From Styela clava (taxonomy: Eukaryota), in assembly GCF_964204865.1 (NCBI RefSeq), contig NC_135264.1:8618001-8682000 (forward strand): DNA of 64,000 nt, read 5' to 3'. Position 1 is the first letter of the stretch; every line of letters starts with the position of its first letter. The notes under the pieces are model-generated. The model worked only from the letters and a program-made list of their open reading frames with translations, was not told where the DNA came from and ran no database searches. Of the stretch, positions 26,701-41,700 are shown piece after piece. The position numbers were made by a program, and so were the translations under genes.

Positions 26701-29700
26701 GATATTTCTAACAACTTTTCATTTTGTGAAAATAGATTGAATGGGGGAATTAACTTCTAAAAAATTACTGTTCCACATTATCCTTTCTCAGATATGTTCT
26801 TCACATCCTCATCAAAGTCACGATATCGAATATGCAATCGATGGTAGAGGAAGTCGTTGGTGGCAAAGTCCTACTATAAGTAGTGGATACGAATACCATT
26901 GGGTGACAATTACATTGGATTTGAAACAAGTATGTTCTATTTTTCTAACTTTCTTCAACACTTTATCGACTGATAAGTTTCCCCCTTATTTTGCTAGGAT
27001 TGATAATACCAATCGGCCATCGCAGGGTACCAACTGTAGTCTGTTCTTTGCAGTTATCATGGTCGCACTGGAATAGAGAAATAAAATTAATTGCTCGCGC
27101 CTTTATAGAGTATTTCCATGTGCTTTGCGTGTGATTTAGTCATATCCTCAAGAAACAAAATTACTTTTTGCGACATGTTTTATGAGATTATTTCGCTGTT
27201 TGTTTTCATACTCGAAAATCGTCTTAGTCTAGACAAGGAGTACTTGACAATTACGACGTTCATAATAAAGCTGTAGGTCATAACTTGTTATTTTGTTGTG
27301 TTTCATTCACCAACTAAATAAACGCAAATTTGTGAAAAACGCATGAAATATGTTGGTAAGCTTGCGTGATGCAATGTAGATAATGAAATGCACTATCTGT
27401 ATGGCATCATAGCACCTGATTTTTGCAAACAAGTAAGAACAGATTACATCAAGTCAAAATTGAACATCTGAAAATTAAGTTCTCAGTTAGATGAATATAT
27501 ATTTTCCAAATGCCATTTTATTGATTTCCTAATAGACATTGAGTGAAAGTACTGCTACTACACAAGTTACTAAAACTCTCAATGGATAAATATATACATT
27601 TAAGCCAATATTCCGTTTGTACCAGATAGGGGGATATCGTATTGCTCTTCCCATAGTGAACCAAGCTGGATTAATAGGAAAAATCATTTATATCAGTGAC
27701 TCTAATATTGCGATACAACATCGTCCTAAATAAAACCAGCAGAACAAGAACCATTGCAAATGTTGAATTTTTTTATCGTTCATTAAATGCCTTTCTTATC
27801 AGATAAGTTGGCTCGTTGTTTTCATACTTTCAACACAATAACATACGCCCACTTGCGTCTGAGTAGGACCCAACCAGCTGTGCGCGTGATTAATTTTTAC
27901 CACACTGCCGACGTCTGAAAAAACACGAGCTTGCATGGTTACTTTATTAATTTTTTACAAAATAAAATACAGAGATCTATCTAGTTTACGTACTTCCTTA
28001 GGTATGTGGAACTGTCGATGTATCCTTATCAAATCAACTTCACTTGAACGTAAACATTTCGTCATTCTTTCAAATATATAAGTACACTCCCAACATGCAT
28101 TTTATGTATTTGTTTTTATTATTATTCTAAATATTTTCGTTTATCATCGGCGCTTGCTTCTAACTTACCTTAGGCAATGGCATAGTCTTGACCACAAATG
28201 GAATTAGGGTCAATTTCAATTCCACGTTTATGACGTCGACATTTACTTCGCATGCAATGTGTCCATGGTTTGTTGTTGTTCTCACCTAAAGTGTTTAAAA
28301 ACTGTTACGATCTTGTTAAATTCATTTTTCAGTGATGTAATCTTGACTTCTTTTATAACAAAAACGCATAAATTTTACACGAATTTTGTAGTAACTAGAA
28401 AGTTATAATTGACAGGCTCAAATTCTATTCAAATATATATTTGGGAGTTCAAATCTACTGGTGGTTATTATTATAAATGTATAAATCGAATTTATCTCTC
28501 TAATAATTTTTTTGGGTATAAATCATCGCAATATGCTGAAAATTAAGATTCACATGGAAAATATAACATTCAAACTCCACAAAAAAATCATGAATAAAAA
28601 AAAACATTTTCTTCATTTTCTGTTTTTAGAGAAAATTTATTGAAAATTATAAACATGCTAGTTTTTGCTTGAACCTTTGTCATATGTACTACGCACTTTT
28701 TTTTTTATATACGACGTATTTATAAAGAACTCGCTCTGAACTAGGCTCCACATAATCAGCCACTGCTGGGTGAGTAGCTACAAGAAATGGAATCTTACCG
28801 GTGGTGGGCATGGGATTTGAACTCAAACTTTCAACCTGCGACGCCATCGCCTGATAGGTTCAACGCTTAAACCATTGCGCCGCGACCATTGCGTGAATTT
28901 ATGTAAAACAGCTTAATTCTTCCAATTTTCCAATAGTTCATTTTTTAATTTGATTTAATTTATTTTTAATAGGACAAAATAATGCGCCAAATTTCTATAT
29001 AGATCACATGTAATATGTCGTGTGCCTCTGCTTGATAATTGACTGAATTTTATCTGATGCCAAAATATATTTTCGTTTCAAAGGATTCATGTAGTACATC
29101 AAGAGGTCAGACGCATTTAAAAGATGCTATTCAAATTTACATTTACAAATTAAATTTGGCCAAGGATAGAAATAGATAATATTTTCTTTCTAATTGTGTG
29201 TTAGTTATGAATCACACTTGGTCGACTATGATAAAACAATCACCGATATTCAACCTAATGCTATCTATTATCGCCTCATTCGCGCCACAAATGCCATTAC
29301 CGTGTTTCTATTCTGTTTTGAAGAAGCATTTAAATTTGTTGGGGTGAGCAGATGTACTCACTTTATCATAAAACACTTTTATCCACTACTATATATCATT
29401 TACGCCTGGAACGGATCTATTTTTAAGACTGTCGCGTGAGTAATAAACATAGGACTCGTCGCCTTCAAAGGCGTCTCGTGCGAGTGACGTCATAGTCTGG
29501 CGACGCGGTCGCCGTGAACGACACAAATTAGCCCGCAAAGCTTGTGTTTCTATAATCACGCAGCGATTTGGTTATTGGCTTCAACGTTCAAAGATATCGC
29601 ATAAAATTAGGACAAATTTATCCAAAATTTGCGATTATCAAGAATATCGTTTTCGAATTTGTTTTATATTTACTGACAACGTTTCAAATTTTAAATGAAT

Positions 29701-32700
29701 AATTGAAAAAATGTCAATTTCGGCTACAAGCGTCCCCGTGAATTGACTAATGTTTGTTTTAATATTATTATACATTAAGAAGTGGAACTTATAGAATGCT
29801 AATGTAATTTGAAACCACAATTCTAGTGTTTTGGTGACATGTATTGCGTGCCACGGGCGCCACACTTCAGAGAAACTTCTTGACCCGTACTGTAAATTTG
29901 AAAGTATATCCAATAACGATATGTTAGCGCCATTTCCATATCTTCTTCGATTCCCAATTTTTGGGCGAAAACACAAAAATCACCATATATGGAAATATCA
30001 CGATAGTACAGATCAAGTAGCTCGTCTCGAGACGCGTTTTGGGAATAATGGAAAATTGTAGGCCATTTTATTCACAACCCCTTGTTTGATCGATGATGAA
30101 ATCCTCAAATTCAAACAACGCATTATGACGTAATAGAAATAACTCAAAAACGCATTTTACGGCTTTTACACGAAATAGTCAATTTTCGATGTTTTGTAAA
30201 TATAATTATGAAACGCTAAAATGACATCCTCGGAAATGAATCCCTTATATCTGGTGCTAAAATTATTTGAAAAAATACAAATTTGATGTTTTTAACATTT
30301 TAAAACGATTTTTCTCTAATAAAGTGGGATTTTTAACCCAAATCATAACAGCTGTTAAAATGTCGTCATTATTTGAACGTTTTAGATAATTTTCCTCGTT
30401 GAAAATACTTTTTGCAAGTATTATATTTGTTGCAATATCATGTTTTGGTTTTGCTAAAATTTTGTGGCAAAAGTAAATGTGAATTGGTCGTTTTACAGAT
30501 GTTATCTTTTTCGTATGTCATTGCAGAGTAAAAAAAAATTTTACCATTTTAAAAATGTTACTCTTCGTTTACAAATTATCATAGAATCATTATGACGTAA
30601 TTTTTATGCATGAAAAATATTAATCTAACAAAAAATGTTTTACCAACTTAGATACCATGCCATGCTTAAACTTGACATGTATCATATAATTCATTTATGA
30701 CCCACACTAGGCCCGGGGTAGATATTCTAACCTTGGCCAATCAAATATTTGCAGTTCGGTATATTTTGAAACTTGTCCTACTCAGTTTCCCATGACGCAA
30801 TTTCTGGAATGTAGAGTCGAGTGTATATGGTCATAATGCATAAGCCCTCATTACCATTATCAGATTATCTTGTCAGCTGGAAGGGAAATGGACAATCGCC
30901 ATTTTGAGATTTACTCTTTTAATTATGTACTTTTGCATATTTACTGCTTATTTTAGTAACTTCTGTACATTTTTATCTACACACACGATTTGCAAAACTG
31001 GAAAAGTTGAAATAAAATTTATTTTTTTGTCTATTAAAACTGCAAATGCCCGGCGATTTAGATATATAAAAAGTTTATTGTACATGTTCAAATTATTTTT
31101 TCATTTTTTTAATATTTTTATAAGTGAAATACGAAATCACATAATATCAACATCTCTGCATTGCTTATTTTTTTATTTTATTTTCGGCTAATATAAACAC
31201 TATATGACTATTGAGAAATGACACTCCACTTTTTATTTTAAATTTAATCTAGTAACAATAGCAAATCGCAATTTGGTCTTATCAGATGGTTTTTTGACCA
31301 AATCTAGCAGATTATTGATCCAAAATTTGAAATATCACTCTTGACTATCTTGAACCAACCGATTTTTTCGGTATATCAAAGAATTTCTGAAATTTGGCGG
31401 TTGTGATTTTAAAAATTGGAATCACTTAATATATTATGCGAAAATTGATAACGTTTTGAATTTCCAAGCATAACAAAAATTTCAGCAAAATTACCAAAAT
31501 TACACGATAATAAAATGAGTAACTTTGTCACGGTATAAAATCATTAAGATTTTGCAAGATTTTAATCACACGAAATAACGAAATAGAATTTCAATTTTCT
31601 GTTATTGTTTTAAAATTGTGGCATACAAAAGCAAATAATTTTTATCTAAATTGATCGTGGATGGCACATTGCTAAATTGTCAGCGAATCTGACATAATAA
31701 TTCAAGAACTAAAGAATATTTCACTTAATATTTTTTGATTTTATGCAATCTATTGCCAAAATATTGGTACACATGTCAGCAACTCTGGCACAAACCTGGC
31801 CATATCTGATAAATCGAAAGAAGACGCCATGTTTTGGTTGTGGGTTCAGGTTACATGGTGGATCACTCAAACGCGTGTCGCGTATAACGTGACTTTGAAA
31901 CTCGATATTGACCTAATGATCGCGGTTACTTTCCATTTCATCTGTGACGTATTATATCACGTGACCAAACATGATAAAATCAATCATACGTGACAGATTT
32001 AATTCTAACGACAATATCAGTGACATTTATAATCCTTATCCATATTTATAGTCTTGATATAAAAAATAAAACCCACAAAATTAGAATTTTTTTCCTCTGA
32101 TCTCATCCATACATTTACGGTTCAGCAATTTTAGGTTTTAATTTATTAACTCGTTTTCATTATTTTAAATCGAATTGTCTATATAATATCTATTTGGATG
32201 AACTAACTTGCAGTTACCACCAAGAAGTAAATAAAATTTCATTTTGACTTCATCTATAGGCAGATTCAAGTCTTTCCATAACTTTTTGGCGTATCGCCAT
32301 TCACATTCGGCCAAAGATATTCGAGTCTTATTCATAATTTCAATCCTGAGCAATATCCTGTTTGTGGTAGATCACTGCTGTTTTATTTGGATGATTTGAA
32401 GACATAATATGATTGATCCCCTCGGTGTGAAGTTTACCGCTTTTTTGTTGAAAAATTACCGTAACCGTTGGCTTAAATTAATCCAATAAAAATGTATCAC
32501 ATTATGACCTTCAAGCGAAGCTGTTTGCTAAACGGCGTGGTGGAACTAAATTTTTTTTTATGAAAAAATATAAATAATAAAATTGAAAAATAAGGATAAA
32601 ATTAAAAAAAAAAAATTTGAAACTAAAATTCGACTGAGCACGGTTTTCTTAATTAAGTGAGTTTAGATTTTCCGCTGAAAGACATTATTTTGATGTTCTG

Positions 32701-35700
32701 TGCGCCCTTTTTTTGCGGGTGTTCGGCGGAGTCCAGTGTTTGGCTTAAGACGTATATCCGTTGCGGTTATAATGAAGTATTTCTGATATTGCAACTACGA
32801 TTACCTTCCATTAATATTTCCGCTCATTTTAACAGTATTCATTTTTAGCCACCCTCGAGATTAAAGTTAGCCAATAACCAATATTGACTTAATGGGTCTC
32901 CCGCTAACACAGTAATATCCTTATTAAATTCGAAAAAGTCAATGATCTCTCACTGGTTAATCCGCTTAGCTACGGTGCTACACTAAATCCATTCAAAGTA
33001 TATTAATAACAGCGCTGTTGGATCGCGTGGCGATTTTTAATAATGCAATATTAATTTGCTGGGTTGGCGGTACCGCATAGGATGCTGTATTGCCATTCGA
33101 TTCATTTCCGCACAAAATAGCTAGGTCCGGGTAGAAATGGGAATGGATATATTGTCACCATTCGCGAAGGATTTAATATTCAATGCGCTGTCAGATAAAC
33201 AGCATGTTAATATTTTTAATTTTTTTAAAGATTGACAAATCGTATTGTAATTGGCAATCGTGCATGCATTGTTTCCATTGAAATCGCCAGTTCATACGTT
33301 AGCTCTCTATAAAACTTGTTTTGTGCTGAATCAGAATAAACCAAATTGATATTTTGATTGGAAGTTGTCTGTATATTCATAAGCAACATCTTACTCTTAG
33401 TTTTTGTCCAGGTACAGCCGGATTTATTTGGGTTTTCAGTATCTCAAAACGTTAATGAAATAACCAAGCAATGAAAAAGCCTAAATTCACATAGTTTTAT
33501 AGCTACAAAAAACACCAGTTGATTTACGATTTGAAGTATTTGTGTTCAATTGTGTGTGAAACGCTCTAAACATTTTTAATGTAGCAATTTTAATTGCCAG
33601 ATGCTCAATTTTAAAATATATTTTCTTTTACTCTGAATCATCAAATATTTTAATGAAACTGTTGTATCTTCAAATATTCCAATTTCCAGATAAAAATCCC
33701 CTTTAAATTTCAAATAACTTAACATTTATCCCATTAATTTCTATTCGAGTCATTACATAATTGCTAACTTCCGATTTTCTGGGCTTTTCCAGGTCATTGT
33801 AGAGTCACATCAGCTTTATAAAAATAAAATAAATTTTATAGCGCATTCGTGCCGAGTGACGATTTTACTAGAGCACGTTCAGTGATCGTTAACTCGATGC
33901 ATCGATAGTCGATTTGATTTACTGCCTACATTTTCTTTGATCATTCACCTAATCTGTGATCGTAAATCGAACGACTAGACTGAACAAGACGGATTTTGAT
34001 AGATCCAACGACTTAATATGCCAGCCGTGGGCCGCGAGTTGGTCGGATTAAATGCAGATAAATAAGAACCGTCATATAAAATATTTTGGTATAAGCTTAT
34101 TACAGGCAAAATTTTGAAATTGATGAAGTAGAATGGACTTCAAGTTCCGTGAACGTGGCTGTTTCTATAATATTCTCATAAATATGAATGCCAATAATAC
34201 ACCTTTCAATTGAAATTAAAGACTTGCCATCTTTTATAATTACATATCAAAAGTCATGAATTGCAGTACTTGAGGCGATTTTGGTGTGAAATTTCGACGT
34301 CATATCGAAAACGCATTTTTCCTTGGTATGAGGAATTGTTTTTTTACTTCTGCGAGACCAACAGCGTTTGTCTAAATTGAAAATTTTGCGTTCCTAGTCT
34401 CACTACAAGACTTGCATGTCTCATGTCTATTATATCATTAATTAGTAAAATTTATAGGAGCAAAACTTCGCTTTAATTTCCATATTTCGTTATTACTTCT
34501 TATAGGTCTTCCAAGTGGCGTACTTCATTTTCAAAGCGGGTAATTCACCAAGACCAGGAAATTGGATTCTAGAAAAATCTCTCGATGGCATCACATGGCA
34601 AGCGTGGCAGTACTTTGCTGTCACGGATAGCGAATGTAGACATCGTTATCCAGCTCGAGTCACAAGAATGGGGTCACCAAAGTTTCGTTATGACAATGAA
34701 GTCGTCTGCACTTCTTTCTTTTCGCAATTATTGCCACTTCAAAATGGAGAGGTGAGTGAATATTAAATGTTTCGCATATTTTTAATTAACCATTTCGGCA
34801 TTTCCCCCTCTCTCTCTTGTCAGCGTTCCCTCATTTTCATTATTTCGTCCCTATTGCATTTCCCACCTTTTCTCTCTTCTCCAGTTCTCACGTTTTCCCA
34901 CCATTTTCATGCAAATCCATCAACTTTGCCTGAATTTAGATTCACATATCAATGATAAATGGGAGACCAAGTGCAGAGAACCCTTCTGACGAATTAATAA
35001 AGTTTACTTCCGCTCGTTACGTTAGACTTCGATTCCAGAAGATACGAACTCTCCATGCTGATCTTATGACAATCTCTGGCCAACCGGCAGAGTACGTGGA
35101 CCAGTCAGTGACGCAACGGGTAAGTCGACTTGTCAGTATACTTATCAAAACACCCACACAATTTCAAATATACCCAAATCGGAACCCGAGATTGTAACAC
35201 GTCTACATTTACACTTATTTTTCAATTTAAGATCAAACACGATACAACGGTGTAATATTGCACCTGAAATGTGCTCGAGGGGAGGGGTCAATTGACTTTC
35301 CTAGCGACCATTGTCAAGCTTTCTCTGTAATCCGTAATTTGAGGAAAATTGGCGACATCAAATACGGTTGACCGCTGATTTCCGCTCGTGGCAGGGAATA
35401 GACTCATATTAGTTAAATTGTTAATATCAAACATGGTATACACCAAGGAAGTGTATATAGACTACATCTATTTGTTCTGTATATCCTGATAGCAAGTGTC
35501 TATTTATGTTACAAACAAAACATTCCCAGATTAACCTAAACTCTTGAATGATCGTGACAATATCACTTATAAAATATATATATTATTTAATAATACTTAT
35601 CTATGATCTATATCCGATATTGTTATAGATATCTCCGATATCAATTTGTTATGACTAGTTAACTAGATTACAATTCAGATTATATTCAAGGGCTACTAGA

Positions 35701-38700
35701 TATCATTGCAAATTTCCGTATTATAAAAATAGATCAGTTTATTTATTTCCCAAACTAACAAATTAAAAGTAATCACGAAATGGGCGAAAATGGCGTCAAA
35801 TTTTCAATCAAAGAAGCCGACATTTCAAAAAGATTTACTGGCAATAATTTCCATATTTTGAAAAGTTTGTTTTGTATTCACGTAAAATAATTTTAAAATA
35901 GTCAGAAAATTCGAAGATGTAGAAGTAGCGAAAGTCGGAAAATATTTTAATCAGACAAAGATACGCTTTAGAAAAAATTATGGAAACATTCGTAAAAAAA
36001 TCTAAAAATTGTGCTGCCAGCGATTTTGCAATATTCGTATTATTGTTTGTTTACCCTTTAAACAGGATTCCCGACACCTCGCTGGCTAACTTACAACTTT
36101 GACAGCCGCACCGAACGAAACGCATTTATAAATACCTACCTTACGTAAACTTGCGCGTCTCGCATACACACCTGCGCCTTGGGATTATATGTTTTACGTT
36201 AGTTTGAGTCGCGCCATATCTGGTTTAATGTTTAATTTCGTAAAATGTATAGGTCACTTTTGTACCAAGCATGGTCGATTATGGTCAAATAGGAAACGAG
36301 ATTTAACTTTTAAATCGTTGGATTTCATTGAACATGTATTTTGTGAAATAAATTGTACCGTAGTTGTTACAAGTCCAGGTGCATTCCTGTTTAGCGGCCG
36401 GTATGTGTTTGATATGGGGGCTTAATATTTTTATGACAGGGTTTAGAATTGCTGCGCTAAACCCCAAGCCGTGGCATCAAAAGAATGGGTCTTCTAGCAG
36501 AGTTGTCTCATATAGATATTGGTATATGGACTATTGTAAAAATTAATGTTATTTTTTAAATAGGAAATAAATAAAAGTAAAAACAAAACGATTTCGACAA
36601 AAAGTGAGCTTATGAATCTATATTAAATGGTTGTTGCAAAAAATACTCTAATAATAATCGCTGGACTTCTTGTTGTAAATGTTCTAGTAATTAGGGATGA
36701 TGGGCCTTAACATTATTTCATTCCTGAATTTTTCTCGCCTATTGTTTTACCTCACACTTTGCAGGTTTTCAAATAAATGCTTCATATGGTATTAGATATA
36801 GAGTGACACACCACCATCCTGTCCGTGTATATTTATGGTTTTCTTTCTATTTATACTTCTTCATTGTTTATTCAGATTTTCGAATTTGTGGTTTTATTTT
36901 GTCAAATAATATCTGATTTTGAGTATTTGGTTACATCACGATGTCATGTGGTTCTTGACAGCATTTACATTCTAATAAATTCTAAATTATAAGTCTATAT
37001 AATATATATGTTTGTTTGTTCTGAAAACGTTGCCCGTTTATTTTAAACCTAGTCTAATGTTCATACTAAAAAAGCTGGTAGACGAATTTGTGATACTACA
37101 AACAGACAATTACAATATGATAAATCAAATTTGGCGCTGGAAAGGTGCGGCCGCCATTTGACGACAGCCTTGCGACATATATCGGAAATGATGTACATGT
37201 GCTTTTCGCTTTTGACTTCCCAGATAGTCTGACTTAAAAATTATCTTTGAAATCTAACTGTATCTCATGTATGATCAATGTTCATGTGAATAGAAGTAAA
37301 ATTCCCGATGATAGAAATGACTTTATTTGATATGTCTAGTTTTTGTCTCCCGATCAAGCGATTTTATTCAGCTCTCCTTCTCTAATCTTTTAATCCCGAC
37401 GCACTTCGACGGGGTGTTGTATGAAATTTAGAAATGTAGATGCCACACTTCTGTCACGCGACGTTGTGGTAGCCTGGTGTAGCTTGAATTGGCAAGATTA
37501 GCGGTACTGGATGAATGTATCAAAGTACCTGCTTTAGGGCTAGTATATTATATATTGCTACTCATTGCTGCCCATTTAACCCAAAATAACGAATAAATTG
37601 GACAAAAATTGTAACGGTTTATGGGCAAACAGAAAGCCGATTTTCGCGCTTTCTAACAATAAAAATGCCCTTTTCAATTTTCTTCGTTTGGTCGGCAAAT
37701 GGCGTCATTTTCAGAGACCATGAAATCCCATGATCTTACCCCTACCCTACCAGTGCAGCAAGATTGTGCTCACAGTGTATAATAATGCAACATAAACATG
37801 TTTTGCATAGAGCTTCTTCGGATCAAAAATATGTATTGGCACTAGAAATTTTACACCAATAGCTTGCTATCCATTGAATCATCCTGACTCGAAAGATATT
37901 GGGACAGACGTACCAACATTCATAATACGTTTTGAAGTGACTTGCAGATGCTATTTCTAGATTCAATTATAAAAAATCTTATCAAATTTGACTTTTGCGG
38001 TTATTAATGATATTGGTTCGTCCTCAAAGACAGTAGGCCGATTTAGTGAAATTGCCCTCAAATCGTGGAAGCCGCAAATGACATAATGCGAAAATTACAG
38101 GGCAAAATCACTTTGAAATTGAATATCGAGAAAAATTGTCCCAAAATCATACATTTAATTCAAATATTATTTTCTTGCCATATTATTCTTAAAATGCTTC
38201 CGAAAATGCAAAAAAATAAATTGCAATTTCACTGTCATTCTATCATACCTTTGTGTGGAATGTTTCAGCGGTTCATCCCTGGACAACGTGCTGGGTAATC
38301 GCAATGACTGTTGTGAAACACTATTAACACTGATGTAAATATTTTACTACATATGCTTTATTTTCTACCATGAATGATATACGTAACGGTGCAAGCATAG
38401 AAAAGAAAATTAAATTTTTTTTCTGAACTTTTCCAATTAATTTTAACTGTTGGGATTTTTTACACGATATGGTTTCTCACGACAAGTTCGGTTTCCTTGC
38501 ACAATAGTTAAAGATTGTATTTTTCCAAATAACGTTTGTTAATTTTTCATTTTTTCCCCCATATGTATTATATTGCATAATTATAACTTATAGAAATGCG
38601 TAAATATTTCAGTCTTTATAGATCGTAAATAAACAGAGAACATAAAAAATTTCTTGAAGTATAAGATCAACAGCGTTCATAATATGATATCGCTGTTTTC

Positions 38701-41700
38701 TGATTCACATACCCCAGCGACGAGCTATCATATATCGAAGCTCAAAAAACGTGTTTGCGAGTTGCAAACACATATTTTAAAATTCGTCCAGCAAATAGAC
38801 TGTGTGACTTGTTTGGGATTTTTCCATACAACCTCTTATTCGTCATATTGAATATTGTACACCTAAATTGCATTTTCCCGCGTCATAAACTTTATAAGGC
38901 GTCGGTATCAGTTCTGTTATGTACGAAGTCTCTAATCCGCTTTCCAGTCGAGGCTATCATTATCCAAAATTAGCCACTGAACACACTGGGCAACAATTGT
39001 TATGACCAAGTAAAAATCGTAATTATTATTAGTCGCTTACTAAAGATCCAGTGTTCGTGTACAGGTGTTTCCGGCAGCTGAAGTATTTCACGAAAGAGTG
39101 TCACTAAGCAAGCACTAATTGTAAATATATCTCAAATTAACAAAATTTTCAAAACGACAAATCCGTGAGACAATAACGTTACCTTTGGCAGCATTGTGCT
39201 GTCGATGGACCTTTGGTACAGAAAGTTAAACCAATTTGTGAATTTGTTTTTGTTTTTTATAATTTTTTGTCAAGTATTCTCTTGCTGTATTAGTATTACA
39301 GGTATGATTATATGTAGGAAATAGTTTATTACAACTTTACAAATTCCTTCATTAATCCCTTTAGCGTATTACGGTGTATAGGACTAAAGAAACGTGGTAC
39401 GCGGCCCAAACCCCTAATTACTACACACGTAGTATAATTGACAACGTTTTCTTTGGGGTCGCATAATAAATTCGTGTGGGGTCTCTTTCTTGCTTAATAA
39501 TAAAAATATTAATAATTTCATGGCCAAATTTGAAAACATCGTATAAATTTCACAATGGTAGTAACAGTAGATTACTTCGCACGTGATTGATTTTGACATC
39601 ACGTGATTTTTGCTGATGACATTGCATCGCTTTGATTTATTGTCCATTGACCTAAATTAATGATTTTTACGAGACGAGTCAAATTTCGACAATAGGTAAT
39701 TACACGATGTTACTCTAATTCAAATAATTCTTTCGATCTGACTTGCGATTCAATTTAAAGTTAACCGTAAATCAACGCCATTTTTTATTTATATATTAAG
39801 GGCGCAAAGGAGATTTCTTGGAGATCGGGTAATTTAGAGATTCTGGGTCGTTTGATTTCTTTTGAATATCCATCATTGTTGTTTATATTTGTCAATTAGC
39901 ATGAGTTACCGTTTCTGTTTCAATTTTTCAAAAAATTCGTATTTAAGTTATTTTGTGCATATTTGGCTCTTCTTCGAGGACTAATTTATGAGGAAGCACA
40001 CCGTGGCCTAATTTTCCTTCCTCTACCTCTTGAGGTATATATATATATTCTTGCGAGCTTTCCAAGCTAGTCATTGAAACAGATGTAGAGATTCTGCGTT
40101 CGGAATCGATCAATCACGTTCTAGAATAGGTGGACAATTGGAAACAATATTTTACCCTTATTTGTGACAAATTGCTATTGTTTAGCGAAATGCCTCAAAT
40201 AGGAAACGGTCGTCACCTTACATTTTCATTTTTATGTTAAATTTAACCAGACTAAATGTAACTCATTTCCGACATTTTATTTTTGTAGGGGTACACAATT
40301 ACTTTTTCGCTGTCGTAGTAGACAATGCGACGTCACAGCGGCGCAAGACTATTAACAATAGCAAAACCCGGCTATTTGTTACGTCACAAATAAAATATAA
40401 AAAAGTGTGTCGCCTTCCCATTGTCTTGTCGCACACCCCATTCGGGTTAATGAAGGAATAACCCGCTTGGATCTCCTCTTGTTTTTAACTGATCGTAAAA
40501 AGTCATTAACGTTTCGTAATTATCGGTTTGCGTTCATAAAGATAGCTACTTGATAGCGGAAAAGCTACTAGAATCGTACATGTGTGGGCCATTGATAGTC
40601 GATGTGATGTACGCACGATACGTAATTAGTTCATGGTTGATAAAGGGTAATATTTACTTAGAGAAAATGAGATTGCCGAAAATGGCTGACTTTCGTCGTC
40701 CGAAGAAATAACCGCCGCTTTTACCAATTATATCATTTTATATCTGAGCGATTTTCAGATTTAGTCGCCCGTAATTTCGGCTTCACTAAGCGAGAGACCG
40801 ACTAGACAGAGATATATGGTTATTATGCGAGTGGTTTAGCTACCGGTACGTTTGTAGATAAATTATTTTAACATTTAATTCAGTTTTCAGAAGTGGAAAT
40901 AAAGCGACAAATTATACCACAATATAAAAGGAATGAATTAGATAAATGAGTGCGGTGATAATTGCGTTTCATTTCCAAGCGTTTTGTTGTTCTAAGTCCA
41001 GTGTAATTTTGATTCTCAAGTTAGTGGGAGACGCTGCAGTTTAATTTCGCGATCTTGTTAGCAGTACAGTACCTGCTGATCAGGGGAAGATATGATTAAA
41101 GGCGTGAAGTATATTATATGAATTGGGAAGTTAGTGACAATATTGTTTTTATATGTTTTTAGCTATAGCTGATTTACCAGGGTTATAAATACTTATTTTC
41201 AAGTATATTACGCTGTAGACTAGGGAAAATTTATTTCGATGTTAAACTAAGAGCATTTCAAATGCACGCGTGTAGAGAAGCAACATTATTGCTGCATGGT
41301 TTTGACTTATGTTATCGGCTTCTAGACCAAATACAAATTTGATTCAGTCGTATTTTACGTAGTAAAATTCATGAATATGAATTCGAGGTTTTATTGCTTA
41401 TACTTTTTAGTTGGATATGTACAGCTATCTTGATTGACAAGTTTTAGAATTTGTTAAAATAATTTGTAAAATTGGAATTGCGATGTAAGAAATTTTAATA
41501 GTTTCAAAACTTTGAATTACTTCGCTATAGCGTTTACTGTGTATATTATGGTGTGATTCTGTGCTCGAACACAAACTCATGCTGCGATTGGTCCCTTTCC
41601 TCGATGACGCTAAAACAAGAAAATCCGACTACTTATCCAGATTAAATCATTTAATCCGTTTAATCTGACTAATCGGCAGCAAAACATGACTGACTTTGAC

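Noticed and set aside
29445-31800. Probable non-autonomous transposon remnants in the LN intron (similar stretch at about 51140-51750)
   Set aside because: I could not define inverted repeats, target duplications or a transposase ORF by eye; a repeat library is needed.
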